Shown one piece after another: positions 26,833 through 39,549 of a stretch of DNA of 64,000 bases. The stretch's first letter is position 1, and every line of letters starts with the position of its first letter. Source of the DNA: Isurus oxyrinchus (taxonomy: Eukaryota); assembly GCA_026770705.1 (NCBI GenBank), contig JANJGN010000036.1, positions 3,844,001 to 3,908,000 of the forward strand, written 5' to 3'. The translations under genes and the position numbers were made by a program. Below the pieces are notes generated by a model that was not told the origin of the DNA, did no database searches, and saw nothing but the letters and a program-made list of their open reading frames with translations.

Positions 26833-27171
26833 TGCATGCAGACATTTGTCAACAAATGAACCTCCTGTCAGTAACTGGAGTTACAGAATCAGCGGAAAAA
26901 GCCCAGAAAAAATAAGGAAAGTCCTTGGCTTTTGTTCAAAGTTTCTTTCACACTTGAGTTACACGGTAACAGTGGAATGTCATTAAGAATACAGAAGACA
27001 CCTTCCACATTTAGGAAAATGGGCCAGTCTTTGTAAACTCTGGCAAGTGTATGGGGAAGTTTAATTGTTTCATGGGAGTCTCCATGGTTCCATGTTATTT
27101 CCAGAAGGCTGTGGGTTGTTTGGAAAATCCTGTCACCTCGATAATTTATCAGAGAGAAACAGTCCGGATTC

Positions 27172-27252
27172 TCATCTGCGACACGTCTTCTTTTTTGATC
27201 TTTTATCCAATGCAGCCAAGTCCAGGGAGGCGTAGAGAGGTCCGCCTTCTTT
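27172..27252 (-). CDS. Gene 1 terminal exon with YxxL motif (KEGGPLYASLDLAALDKRSKKKTCRR*)
   Basis: Pyrimidine-rich CTCCTAG acceptor, phase 0; homologous to 53941-54030. Confidence 0.82.
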   Translation of the reverse strand, partial: KEGGPLYASLDLAALDKRSKKKTCRR

Positions 27253-30200
27253 CTAGGAGATATTTTAAAAATTAAAAGCGAAAACTACTTAGAAGACAGG
27301 TAGCATTACCCACCCCCGAAACCGCACTTCAAAGTGCCATGGAATAATAGCGCACAGGCGGAGGCCTTTCGGCCCAATGTGTCTGCGCCAGCGCTTTCAA
27401 AAAGCAATGCATTTAGTCCCACTGCAGCCTTCTCTGACCCCATATCGTTGCCATTATTTTTCAAATTTCTTCCTGAAATTTGCAGTTGAATCGGTTTCTA
27501 TTGCCCTATTAATCAATTTGATGAATGTTTTGCTTCATTTGCAAGAATTGTCTGAATTGAAGTTTTGCAATAGGGCATCAGAATTCGGAAAGCGACTGGA
27601 AATCATCAAAGTTCAATCAGAAAATTGGGATGATGAGTCTATCCATTTGATTGGATTCCTGTGTTTTTAAATAGTCAATCCGATTATGGTGTTTCGCCCT
27701 GTGTCATCTGCACGATTGAGCAGAGCCCACAGAATTCATCACATTCAGAAGAATCACAAAACACAATCAAAAGACTTGTATTTATATAGCGCCTGTCACG
27801 AACTGAAGAAGGCTTAAAACATTAACATCCACTCCTTTTCAGTGTCGCCTCCGCCCGTAATACAGCGCGGCAGCTAATTTACGCACAGCAAAATCCCATA
27901 AACAGCAATGGTAGATCATTTATTTTTTAACATGCGGATTGTGAGATAAAAATTGAAACCCAACACCAGGGAGAAACCCCCCGCCCCGCCCTCATCCCCG
28001 CTCCCCTTCTCCCCTACTTCTTGCAATACTGGCGGTACTATTTTTATGCCAAACTAGGTGGGCAGACAGGACCTCGTTTTAACTTTCCATGTGAAATCGG
28101 TGCCTCCGGAAGTGCAGCATTGGCTCCGGAGGTTCAGTCTAGACTTTCTGCTGAGGTTTCTGAACACACACACACACAGACAACACATACGCATACACTT
28201 TCTGACCAAACTGCTTTCTTCTTATTCCACATACAACAGAAAAACATTTTCATTTATCCATAAAACTCTCCTGGGTTTGGTTTTATCTTCATTATAATTC
28301 CATTCGCTGAGGCATTTACTAAATCAGCATTGTCGCAGGGGAGACAAAGGTGCGAAACGAGGGAGGAGAATTAGGCACGCTGCAGAGATATAATGAAATA
28401 GCGGAAATCTAAAATATGAACTGCTGTAAATCCGCTGTTTAGCCTGATGGAAACATTGTACCCGGAAATTTACACTATCCTTTCTATTTTCAGGTGGAGA
28501 GAGGGGTAGGGGTATATTTTCAGCATCCAGTTAGAGGGACGAGAGGAACTATACACACATTCAGACATTCTAGACTGTGGCCTGCTCTCTGATCAATGCG
28601 TGAATTATCCAGCATGGGAAACCTTGCAACTTATCCCAAAAAACAAGTTTTTTGTACCTTATTAAAACAATTTTTTAAAAAAAAACTCACCGGTATTGCA
28701 TCCCGATGTTGCTGCCTTCCCTCTGTTTGACGGTGATCACCTGTGTTATTAATGGTTGAGATACAAAATTAAATGTTATCCCAGTCTCACTGATTCATAA
28801 TTATTGTGGATTCACCGTTCGCCAATGATGTGCCAATCTACCAATTGCCCCAACCGTCACTGGGTCCCATATGTCAGCAGGCCCCTTATCCACGGAAGGT
28901 CCCCCAATACATCTGTGGAGTAAATTTGCCAATGGTTGGACAAGCACCCACCGTGCCTGGCGTCTATTGTCCGTCTGATATATTGCTCCCACTATTAGTG
29001 ACCAGTAATTGGCATTTAATATGAGACAGCAGAGTGATTGTGAGCAATTTGATGGCGGAAAATGCTCATAGGTAACTTTACAATACCACCGACTTGGCAT
29101 TTAATCTGTGCCAACATTTCAATGCAACTTACCCATTTGTCGCTCATTCTGCCCCTCTCTTTGCCTTCTCTCTCTCAAGCTAAACCTGGACGAGAACAGA
29201 AATATCAAACCTATGTTAGTTTTGTAAATCCTGACGCAAGATCCAGAAATAGGTGAAAAGAGAATTGCCGAGTGGCCTTAGCATCAACCTTTTTAAAAAT
29301 CATTGAAAATGACAGCATCTACCATTGGAATTAGTGTTGTGGTTGAACTGGGTTAGACCCAGTGTAAAATGTAGAGTTCAGGATGAACTTTTCAAATGGT
29401 TCAGTTACTCACTTTTCATTGTGGGATCTCTTGTCTCGTTCTCCTGAAAGCAGAAATTAAATTAGCAATTTACATCTACGACAAGGGGATCAGATTAGGC
29501 AAACACGTATGAAAATATCCCTGGCAAATATTATTCCTTACCTGATCTGCCACTTTTAAGAATCAAAATGGAAATAAGGACCAAGAGTAGAACCAGTATC
29601 ACCAGGACAGTTACGAGAAAAGTAAGGGCCTGAATGCACCATCCTATGGAAACAAAACACTTAGAAACTGCTGCTCAGTCAAGTCATGCTTTTCTGCGAT
29701 TGTCTGATGGGAACAAGACCAAAAATTAAGCACAGAAGCAGCCCATTCGGACGATTGTGCCAGTGAATTCACTCTGAAAGAGCTATCTAATTAGTCATAT
29801 TTTCTATGTTCTTCCCCCAATATCCCTGAAAATGCCCTTCCATCAGGTATTTATGCAATTCCCCTTTGAAAGTTATTTTTTAATGTGCTTCCACCGCCCT
29901 TTCAGGCAGCGCCATCCAAATCGCAAATTGCTGTGTTAAAACAATTATCCTAATCTCTCTCTGGTTGTTTTGCTGATTCTCTTCAATCTGTGTCCCTCTG
30001 GTAAACGAACCTCCTGCCAGGGGAAATAATTTCTCTTTATTTACTCTATCAAACCCCCTCATGACTTTGAACGCCTGGGTTAAATCTCCCCCTCAAACTT
30101 CCCTGATCTAAGGAGAACAATTCCAGAATCTAGAGTCTCTCCACATTACCTGAAGTCCTCACCCCTGGTCCCATTCTGGCAAATCGCCTGTACACCCTCC

Positions 30201-31753
30201 ACAAAGCATTCTTGGCTGTCTCCTGCTTGTAAAGTGCATCCAATGTAGAACTGACCTCAATTTCATTCCAAGATCCACTGCCTGAAATGGGTGGTTGAAA
30301 TAGATCCAGCAATAACTTTCAGAAGAGAAATCACAGTCTAACTTGAAGAGAATAAGAAAATGTGACAGTGTTGTGGGGAAAGGTTGGATCCAATCTTAGA
30401 AAGAAATAGCCCAGGCGCGATGGGCCGAAATCCCTCTTTCCGCATCTATCGTTCTGGGATTCTACGATGTGACAGAGAAATAGAAGGCAAGCCCAAAAAT
30501 TGTTTACAAGGACAAGTCTACACCTGGGGCTAAAGTAACTCAAAATTATTTTAACAGAAATATAAACTGTATATTTACCGTTTAATTTACAGCCTACAGT
30601 TTCTAAAAATTAACTATTTTCTCCAATTGAGTTTCAAGTCGAATAAAAGCCGAACAGATCACCAACTCACCAGTCCATGTCCCTGCTGCTTTGGAGAACG
30701 AAACGCTCTTTGTCAAATACTTGTTTGGAGATCCCAGTTGAACAATACAAGTACAGAGACCGCCTCTTCTCCAGGTTTCCCTTGACACCATGACATGATT
30801 TCTGATGCTGTAGGTCCCATCTGCCTCCATTGTACCGGGATCGCTCGGACCCTCGGTGACCAGGCCGGAAATATTCCAGAAAATAGCAACCTGGTTTGAA
30901 GAAATTCCGCTGACCAAACACAATAAGGGGATGGTTTCATTCAAATGCAGTTCACCCGGCGGGACAAACACCAGCACAGCCGTCTTGTTGGTGGAACTGT
31001 CTGGACAGAGATTGGGACACAGTTAACGATCGATTTGCGCCAAATGATAATGCTGTGCATGATCTGAATTCATTTCACTTGCTCTCTTACCTCCAACAAG
31101 TAGCCTGGGTGCACTCTGGAGCGGTGCATAGCTATGCTTATCAGCACAGTAGTAGGAGCCCGAGTCACTCAACTGGACATTGCGAATTTTCAGTATCAAT
31201 TGATGTTTGTTGTTGCCTTCCTTAGAAATAAACTTACAATTGGCCCCCTGACAGGACTGTGTGTCGATTAGTTTCGGGGCTTCACCCACACGTTGTTTGT
31301 ACCAGAAATAGCTGGACACCAATACCACTTCGTAACTGTAGTCATAGGTAAGTTCCACTGTTTGTCCGACTTCAGCTGTCATTATGAAGGGTCTCTGAGA
31401 TGGAGAGGAATCCGATTCTGTAACTAGAGGAGTTATTTTTACATTACTATTGGTTAATGAGAGATCGAAAATAGAAGCTTTTAAAGACTTCGCCTGTTAA
31501 TTTAGAAAATCGACCTCATTGTCTTAAATGATTCATGGTTAGAGAAATTCTCCAATTTGCTTCCTTCGCTTTTTCGGAGGAACCAGTAAATAAACTGACA
31601 TGATCAGGTCAAACCTGGCCACTGGATCATATTTGCAGCTGAGCAAACAATGAATCTGGTTGATTCCTGTTTAAACTTCTCACCCGCCTCTTCCTCACCG
31701 TAAACCTGCAGCGCTTGGAAAATGAGTATCAGAAACAAGGATTCCTTGGACAT
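27172..31753 (-). CDS. Gene 1: non-rearranging V-C1-TM IgSF receptor with ITIM-like tail, 8 coding exons, 344 aa predicted
   Basis: Exons 31699-31753, 31091-31423, 30671-31000, 29542-29643, 29413-29443, 29133-29185, 28691-28740 and 27172-27252. All introns are GT-AG, phases 1,1,1,1,2,1,0 join into one open frame of 1035 nt, and the model is collinear with paralog gene 2. Confidence 0.85.
28691..28740 (-). CDS. Gene 1 cytoplasmic exon 3 (GDHRQTEGRQQHRDAIP)
   Basis: CAG acceptor, GTGAGT donor; phase 1 to 0 fits. Confidence 0.7.
29133..29185 (-). CDS. Gene 1 cytoplasmic exon 2 (KFSLRERRQREGQNERQM)
   Basis: CTCGTCCAG acceptor, GTAAGT donor; phase 2 to 1 is required to keep the frame open. Confidence 0.75.
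29413..29443 (-). CDS. Gene 1 cytoplasmic exon 1 (GERDKRSHNE)
   Basis: TTTCAG acceptor, GTGAGT donor; near-identical to 53741-53773. Confidence 0.85.
29542..29643 (-). CDS. Gene 1 stalk and TM exon (GWCIQALTFLVTVLVILVLLLVLISILILKSGRS), uncharged TM
   Basis: Acceptor TTTCCATAG, donor GTAAGG, more than 20 hydrophobic residues, start homologous to the gene 2 TM exon (GATGGTGC). Confidence 0.88.
30671..31000 (-). CDS. Gene 1 C1-type Ig domain exon
   Basis: VLVFVPP, PLLCLVSG, AIFW, DGTYSIRNHVMVSRETW, CTCIVQ; 330 nt, phase 1/1. Confidence 0.92.
31091..31423 (-). CDS. Gene 1 V-set Ig domain exon
   Basis: WYKQRVGEAPKLI, LILKIRNVQLSDSGSYYCA and G strand PRLLVG in the same exon. Acceptor CTAG, donor GTAAG, 333 nt. 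The B-strand Cys is replaced by Tyr. Confidence 0.93.
31699..31753 (-). CDS. Gene 1 leader exon (signal peptide MSKESLFLILIFQALQVY)
   Basis: ATG at 31753, hydrophobic core, phase-1 donor G|GTGAGG, same 55-nt length as the gene 2 leader. Confidence 0.85.
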
Positions 31754-34700
31754 CTTGACGCGGTGAGTTCTCCCTGTTTTCGGTATCACCAGTTAGTTTG
31801 TGCGGGCCGACTGTCCGCCGACCGACCTGAGCTCACTCCCAGTGAGTTGCTTCCTTCTCGGATGCGGTGGAAATTATGACGAGCTCTGCTGTGGAAAGTA
31901 TGACACCACTTTGGGTGCAGGGTCCTGGTGAATCTCACATGCGTTTCACTTATTGTGGTCACCGTCTGTGCGTCACAGCGGTCAAGTGCTAGCATTTCTA
32001 TAAGGAGCTTTACTGGGTTCTCGCTCAGATGGAGTGGCAGAATAATGATTGTATAGATGCATGCTGAATATTACTGTTAAAGTTTCATTGAAGTTTAACC
32101 GTCCCCAGTTGTCATTGAGAAGGTGGCGGTGAGCCAATTTTTAAAAATCTCTTTCAAGTCGCTCCTTGTCGTTATAGAAAAGAGCCCCAGTCATCCCTGT
32201 TAGATTAACCTCTCAGCTCTGATAACAGCCTCGGAAACCTTGTTTGCATCGTCTCCAGTACCTCAACATTCATTTTTATGAAATTGAGTCCCGAAATGTG
32301 CGCAGTTAGTCCAAATGTCGTCTGAACAAGGTTCAATAGACGAGCATAACGCCCTTGTTTTTCACTTATATTCCTCTGCCCATGAGGCTTGGTGCTGATT
32401 TGCATTTTCCCAGGTAAGGTCACAGGTAATTGCATCAAAGAGAACTTCCAATATAATTACTCACAGGGCGAATGAACCAATCCTTTAATCGGCGTCAGAA
32501 ACAAACCAGGACCTGAGGGCAAGATAAAAGCAAAATTCTGCGGATGATGTAAAGCTGAAATAAAAACCGAAAATACTGGAAAAACTCAGCAGGAAGACTC
32601 GGAAGATGGGTCATAGGGACTACAAACGTTAGGTCTGTGTTGGTTCCAGAGCAGCAAAGTTTTTCGAGCAATTTCTGTTTTTAGAGTTGCTGCCAGACCA
32701 GCGGATTTTTCCAGAATTTTCCATTTTTATTTCCGAACCTGAAGCCTCTGTTTACCGGGTTTATATTTAGATCCTGGACGGGGATCGCACTCTCACATTT
32801 CTGCTGTCGAGTGAGCGGCAGAACCGGCTCACATCGCCCAACGGCCATAACAGTGGACATGACTCATGCCCCAATAAGGAAGCCATTTAAACCCCGAATC
32901 CATAAGGAGATTTTTCCCTGTCTGCAATCTGTTAGTAACCTCGGGAATAAATATTTCTGACGTTCGCCATTCCCAGAGGAATGTTGCAGATTTACCTAAA
33001 GAGTCTCGTTAGGGTTTAATGGAAACTAACTCTCAGCGGGAATTCAGCACAAGCCGGACAGAGAGATTATCCTAGAATCTGTAATGAGAAAATCCTTCAT
33101 GGTAGTGAAACTGAGGGACAATGGGCGAAAGGTTTATAATAATCTGATATAAATACAAACCTCCTTGATCTTTTGCTGAAGACAAGATTCTGCCAATTTA
33201 TGTGTATCCGTTGATCGGATGTGAAGGTCGGGAGGAAAGGGCAGCGTTTATGGCCATCCCTAAATGCCCCTTGAGAAGCTGGTGGTGAACCGCTTTCTTG
33301 AACAGTTGCAGTCCCTGTGATAAATACACAACCACAGTGCTGTTAGGGAGGGCGTTCCCGGATATTGACGCAGAGACAGTGAAGGGATGGCGCTTTAGTT
33401 CCAGCTGAGGATAGTGTTTGTGTTGGAGGGTAATCTGAGGTGGTGGTGCTCACGTGTTCCCTATCTCATTGCCCTACGAGACGGTGGCAGCCTACGCGAT
33501 TGGTTGCAGTGCTGTCTGTGTATAGATAGTGCAAACTGCAATCTCCCTGAGCCTCTGATGAAGCCAGTGCATCAATTTTGAATGATATTCGGGATCATTT
33601 TTTTTTCAAATATCGGGCATCGCAGATATACAGTGACCTGGTGTCAGGTCGGTGAGGATACTGTAAATGTACACCAACCTGTTCTCTGTTCAGTTGAATC
33701 TGCCCCGACGCCAAAGCCTCTTCTGTCTGCGGTTTAACATTGAGTCAAATGCAGACGGTTCTATACATTAAGCGCCTCAACTGTAAAAACAGGAAAACGA
33801 CCGAGAGCTTCTGGGTCGAACATCATTTTCCATCTCAAGCGAAACGTGGTCACAATCTCGGCCAGCGATTTGCGTCAATCGATGTGATTTGCACAGCCCC
33901 TGAATGGGCTGTGAGCGAAGCGTCTTTCTGAGACTCGCAGCAAACAGCAGCGGTCACAGCCAATGCGTCTCTTTGCTGCCCAGCCCCGCTCTCTGCTGCA
34001 AGGTTCACTGACTCGCTTCTTTGTAATTCAAATACAAGCATTTCTGAAGAACAGTTCAGAAACTCAGTAAAGCGCAACAATGTCAGCATATTTATGAACA
34101 CATTCTGACAGTACTTCACTCTACCAGGTTCCTCACACTAATGTGTCTCGCTCTTCTCGCCCAGCTTGCGCCCTTCAACATTTTCCTGAAAAATCCCTTG
34201 ACATGGGTTCCTGTGGAGTCTTGCAGACAATTTGCAGCACGGATTTGCTGCTTTTACTTTATCAGAGGTTTAAGGTTCCCATAAGGGAGTCCCATAAAAG
34301 AGTGATTTGACCCAGCAGCAGTTTCTAAGTTATTTGTCTCGGTCGGGATGGTGCATTTTGATCCTTGGCCATAACTGTCACCATTATTCGGGTTCTACTC
34401 TCCATCCTCACTGAGATTTGGATTCAAAAAGCGGTTGATCTCGTGAATATTGGTGTTTAACAGGTGCATTTTAATTGGTGTTTCTTTGAATTGCATCGAT
34501 TTTAAATATGAATTGCAGTTTACTGATTCAGAAAGCCGAGCGAATATCTGCCAAAGGAAAGCGAGTAACTGAGCTAGTTATGAAAGTGTATCAATAACCA
34601 CCTGGCTCTATTTAACACTGAATCTAAACCAGTTCAAACCAATTACCCATTCGTATGGTAAAGATATTTTAACATGTTCCACGTTCTTTTCAGATTGATT

Positions 34701-35669
34701 CTGAGACCAATCAACAATTCCCATCTCAATATTTAATTTAAGTGACCAAAAATTAAAATATCATAAAAAATAGGAGCAGGAGTCGGCCCTCGATCCTGCT
34801 CCGCCATTCAATAAGATCTTGGCTAATCTGGTTGTGGCCTCAAGTGCACTTTCCTGTCCATAATCCTAGGCCTGCTTGTCCATCAGAAATCCGCCGAACT
34901 GAGCCTTGAATATATTCGATGGTCCGGCCTCCAGTGCTCTATGGAGAAGGGAATTCCAAAAAACTAACGATCAACAGAGGACAAAAATCGCACACATCTC
35001 TTTCTTCAATGGAAATCCACTTATTCTGAAACTTTGCCCCTTGTTCTTCATTCCCGCACGAGTTGAAACATCCTCTCAGCATCTACCCTCTGAAGCCCTC
35101 TCAGAATCTTATATGTTTTGATAAATTCACCTCTCATTCTTATATTAACAACCAGCAATGCTTTTTTGATATTTTTGCCTGTATGTAGTTTGAGCTGGCA
35201 ATGAATATTTCTCCGCGTTAACAGAGGGCATTAGGAATTTACAATGAACATCTTCATTTGTACCCCAATCGCTTTTATCGCTCTATCTGGAAACTCGCTG
35301 TCACCGAACAATAGAAACATATTTCAAGGCTTAGGGAAATATGGCTTCGTCAGACTCTTCACCCAGGAATGCATTTGGCTGTACTGAAAATGCATCCAAT
35401 GGGAAGACGGGAAGGGAGGGAGAACTCAAATTGATTCTTTCAGGTTCCCAAAGGGGTCCATTGTTGGAGGGGTCACTTAATTTAGTTAAGTTTGTTTGGC
35501 CGGAGAGAGAGAAACTATTTCCTACCGTGGATGGGGAGCATGTGCGTGGGGTGTGGGGTTAAATAAGTTCAAAGTTGGGCAGTCCGTCCAAGGGTGATGT
35601 CCAGCAGCAACCCTCCCCCCTCCCCACCCTATCAAAGGCATGACTGCTAGGACGATAAGCTGTTGTGCG

Positions 35670-36280
35670 CTACTGAAAACATGATGTGCGGTGAAGGCTC
35701 AGACACTTCAAGACATCTGCAATTGCAGGTTTATAGCTGAATAGCACAGGTCCTTTTTTAAAATCACACACTCCACAGTCACCTTCACCTTGAGGAAAGC
35801 CTTTCCATTGGATAATGTCATAATCGCTGTCTCTCACACACATCATGCGGATCCTCACTCACTTATACAGGTCAATTTTCCTGTGTGCGTGAAATGCTAA
35901 CTCTTACCGATATATAGGACACAATGACCCTCTCTGTGTCCTTCACCAATCAGGGTGCCTGCTTCTCCATTTTGGTTTTCAGCACAAACACGTGTTTCAA
36001 TGATCTATGTATGTAGTGACCCAGACATATTTCAGAAGGAAAGAAAGGGGATACATCATATCTTTAAAAATTCTTCCAAGTCTCTCTTTACTTGAGGATT
36101 CTATTTAAAAAAAATAAACGGAGAAGACATCACGTCCAGAGGAGCGACCGAGCTCCGGGAGGCAAGAGGTGACTGTGGGAGGGCGATAAATTATAGAAGG
36201 ACATGAACGGCGTTAGAGCGGCCCTCTTTGTACAGGAGGGGAAACAGCAGCAGCCACAGTCTCAGTGAAAGGATCCCTGC
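35670..36280 (-). pseudogene. Decayed leader, V-J exon and possible second Ig domain
   Basis: LSLRLWLLLFPLLYK; CCTCCCACAG acceptor; SFLLK..DH; VCAENQNGEAGTLIGEG then TE after a shift; GTAAG donor; downstream MMCV..IIQW..DVLKC. Confidence 0.4.
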
Positions 36281-36939
36281 TGTAAAACGTTAAACTCTGA
36301 TGGAATTATTGCTCTCCTCTTGAAATAATGAGCGTCCCTTCGGAGCCCTGCTAAGATTTGGGAACTGCTTCAAAGACCCCCGATATAAATTCGCATCTGA
36401 GAAACAGCTCCACCGATAGTGCAACTTATTCTCAGTACTGATAATGGGAGCATCATTCTTTGGAATGGGACATGAGTTTGAATGGCAGTGAATGGTGGCA
36501 AATTTGTGATCAATTTCCTGTTCTATATTAGCGGTAAGAAAGGAAGAAAATGGTGAGAAGGTATAACATGGGATAACCCATTCATCCCCTGATGCAGAAT
36601 ATCTTAATAGTTGAAATGTCTTACTCTTTTTAATAATTAGCCATAGGGTATGGATATCGCTGATAAGAAAAGTATTTGTTTCCCATTCCTAATTGCCCCT
36701 GAGAACGTGGTGCAGCACATGAATTGTTAGATAACTAACCTCCCGATAGCTGGGTACCGTATGAAGTGTGGAAATGGGAAGACTTAAACTTTCGTTTAGA
36801 CTGAGCTAACTGACCTCAGTGGAAGTCAGACAATCTAATTAGTTTTTAAGGGTGTTAAAGCACTCAGAGCGCTACATACAGTTTTGACGGAGGTTGAACT
36901 GTACTGCACTTTAACACAAAGTGGAGAAAACATGTTAGG

Positions 36940-37980
36940 TACCTTAACATATCTTCTTAATAAAGTATTGTTTTTGGAAAACTAAAGCTTTACACTGACT
37001 GCAGCCGTTTGCTGTCCAATGTGGCGGTATTTAGTGTTTATCGCAGTGTGAATCCCTGGGAACTGCAAATAGAGCACACGTCACGGATGAAGCCCGGGAT
37101 CTTTCTCGGCAAAGACCACGGCCTCTCTTTCCATAGTTGCTTCACAAAGACACATTGCCGTATTTAATCTGCTCTCCGTTTAATCACAATCCGTTTTATT
37201 CATTTCCTCCCCTCCCTGCTCTTTGTTTATGAAATTTGTATAGTGTGTAAACTTTTGGACCTCTGAACCGAAACATTAAGTCAGTGGGATTCATAGAAAG
37301 ACAAAGGGTAAGTCAGGTCATTAGAAGACAAAGACCTATCTTGTAAATGTCAAATATATGTGTAACTGTGGTGAGCAATTTACAAAATCGGAAGAAACTA
37401 ATCTTAAGTAATGTCAGATACTAAGGGTCGCGTAATGCACGTTTACAAAGTTTCATGAATGAAGTGTAAGGAAAAAATGACTTACCTGAAACTCCCTCAG
37501 CCCCTGACAAAGCCCCATGTCCCCTGTCTGACCAAGTTTTCAAAATCATTCGAAGTTTTGCACATGCGTTTGCAAGGTTTTATTTATTGGTTTAGGGCTC
37601 AATGAAACATTGTTCATTTCTGTATCCCCTCCTTGGAAAGTGCACCAGGTTTAGTCCACTTGAAATCAGTTGCGAGCGGAAAGTTGGCTGTTTGGCCGTA
37701 AACTGGCTGCTGAAATTTGGAAATTGCAGCGCAAATGTGGTGGATTCTTTGGCAAATTCTGTCTCCCCCACAATCCATCGGAGAGAGTCCATCCCAGGTT
37801 CCCATCTGCGATCCGACTTATTTTTTGATTCATTTTCCAATTCAGCAAACTTCAGGGAGGCATAGCGAGGTCATCCCCGAAACTGGAATATATTTAAAAA
37901 CAACATTAAAAGTACGGAAAAGACAGGTCAGATTATCTGTCCGAAATTTATCAAAGTCCTTCCAGGTTTTTCTAAGCGCC
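36940..37980 (-). pseudogene. Decayed V exon (about 37610-37980) and C1-like exon (about 36940-37263)
   Basis: EKPGRTLINFGQ, NLTCLFR, DGLWGR, ESTTFALQ/ISKFQQ across shifts; PKVYTL and HWTANGCSQC in the downstream exon. Confidence 0.45.
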
Positions 37981-38419
37981 CTGTTAAACAATGTTCAACT
38001 CTATCTGCACGCTGACTTTCTGGCAGCGTTGATGTTCCTGCCATTTGATATTGATCTGATCCTGCCTATTGGCGAAATCCTGATAATTTCTCCACTGCTC
38101 GGATATTAACTGCGGTCCGCCAGCAGAGGGAGGGCTTGTATCACTTTAATCAAAAGATAGGGAAACATTCTTGTGGAGAAGAGGATTTGACCCTTTTTAA
38201 TTCATTCATTCATTCACCAAGAGACAAATGATCACACCACCTCTGCAGCTTCTGACATGACTTGTGGCTTTTCACCTCCTATGCCAAGTCAGTTCCAGAA
38301 CTGGTTTTATTTTTGCCCCCGGAATGGTGTTCCTCTTTAGTCATTGATCTGAGTTTCTTTTGAAGTTTAATATTGACAGCGGAAGCTGCGCCAAGAACAT
38401 ACATGGCGACGCCCATACG

Positions 38420-38585
38420 AACAAACACACACAAACACAAACATACAGGCACAGTGACACACTGCGACACACACACGCGCACACACCACGACACACACAC
38501 ACAGACAGATGCACACACACAAACACACACACACAACGACACACACACAGCGACACAGACAGAAATACACACAGCGAAACACATG
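38420..38585. repeat. Imperfect CA microsatellite
   Basis: Direct inspection. Confidence 0.9.
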
Positions 38586-39549
38586 CGAATGCATACAAAT
38601 AAACTTTGTGTTCTGCCACTCTATCGCCCCCGCCCCCATCACCCCGCACCCAGCCACCAATGGGAATTGTGTCTCTGATCCACACAGTTAGATTCATAGA
38701 AATGTTACGGCACAGAAAGCGGCCACTTGACGCATGGTGTCTGCGCCGGCCGAAAATCAAGCCACTCAGCTCAATACCACTGGGCAGCATTTGGTCCATC
38801 ACCCTGCAGCTTCTCGCACTTGAGATATCCAGACGCATTGTAAATGGGTTGAGGGCAATTGCCTCTACTACCATTTTCGGCAGTGAGTCCCAAACACCCA
38901 CTACATTTTGGATGAATAAAACATCCTCATCTTACATTATTCCGAGCACCTCTATCAATTCATCAACCTCGTCATCTCCAAGGTTAACACTGCCCGTTTC
39001 TCCAATCTGAAGACCCTGGAACAATTTGTAACAATCTTCTCAGGAACCGCCCTGATGCCTTCCTAAGGTGTGGTGCCCTCAACTGCAGACAGTTGATACT
39101 GAACCAGTATTCTATAAAGGTTCATTGTAACTTCCTTGCTTTTTTATTTTACGCCACTATTTATAAAGTCCAGGATCTCGTATGTCTTTAACAACTTATT
39201 GTCTCTATGTCTATGGAAGGATATAGTAACAACTGAGAAACATCAGTCAAAGAATGTGAGTAAATCTGATGCAAGACTGATGAATGCCCTTTATGTGTGT
39301 TAAAAAGCGAGATGGTAGAACAATGTTCTAAAAGGAGAGGCCTATCCCATATTTGACTCAAGTCACACCCTCACTGTGAGTATCCTCAGAGATACTGAGT
39401 GGTGGGCATTTATAAAACACTTCTCATGAATTTAAGCTATCCCAACGCACATTGCAGGCAAAGGAGCAGAGCTGATGCATAGTCGTTGTTGTTTAGACAA
39501 TGGAGAAGCTAATTTCAGAGAGAGCTGTTGAGACAGATTCACAGCTCAA

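Noticed and set aside
26829-26838. Octamer ATGCAAAT in both genes (also 54319-54326)
   Set aside because: It overlaps the poly(A) signal in the 3' region rather than a promoter, so there is no evidence for an Ig-type promoter role
32730-33990. Possible further minus-strand V and C relic (GRFN, LTDLTPG, SLYIC, LVFSKRSR)
   Set aside because: It needs many frameshifts, the apparent leader intron is too short and there is no paralog to confirm it. Left uncalled pending a frameshift-aware search.
38279-38901. Cys/His/Thr-rich ORFs here and at 18180-18584 and 46607-46960
   Set aside because: Translations of CA/GT microsatellites
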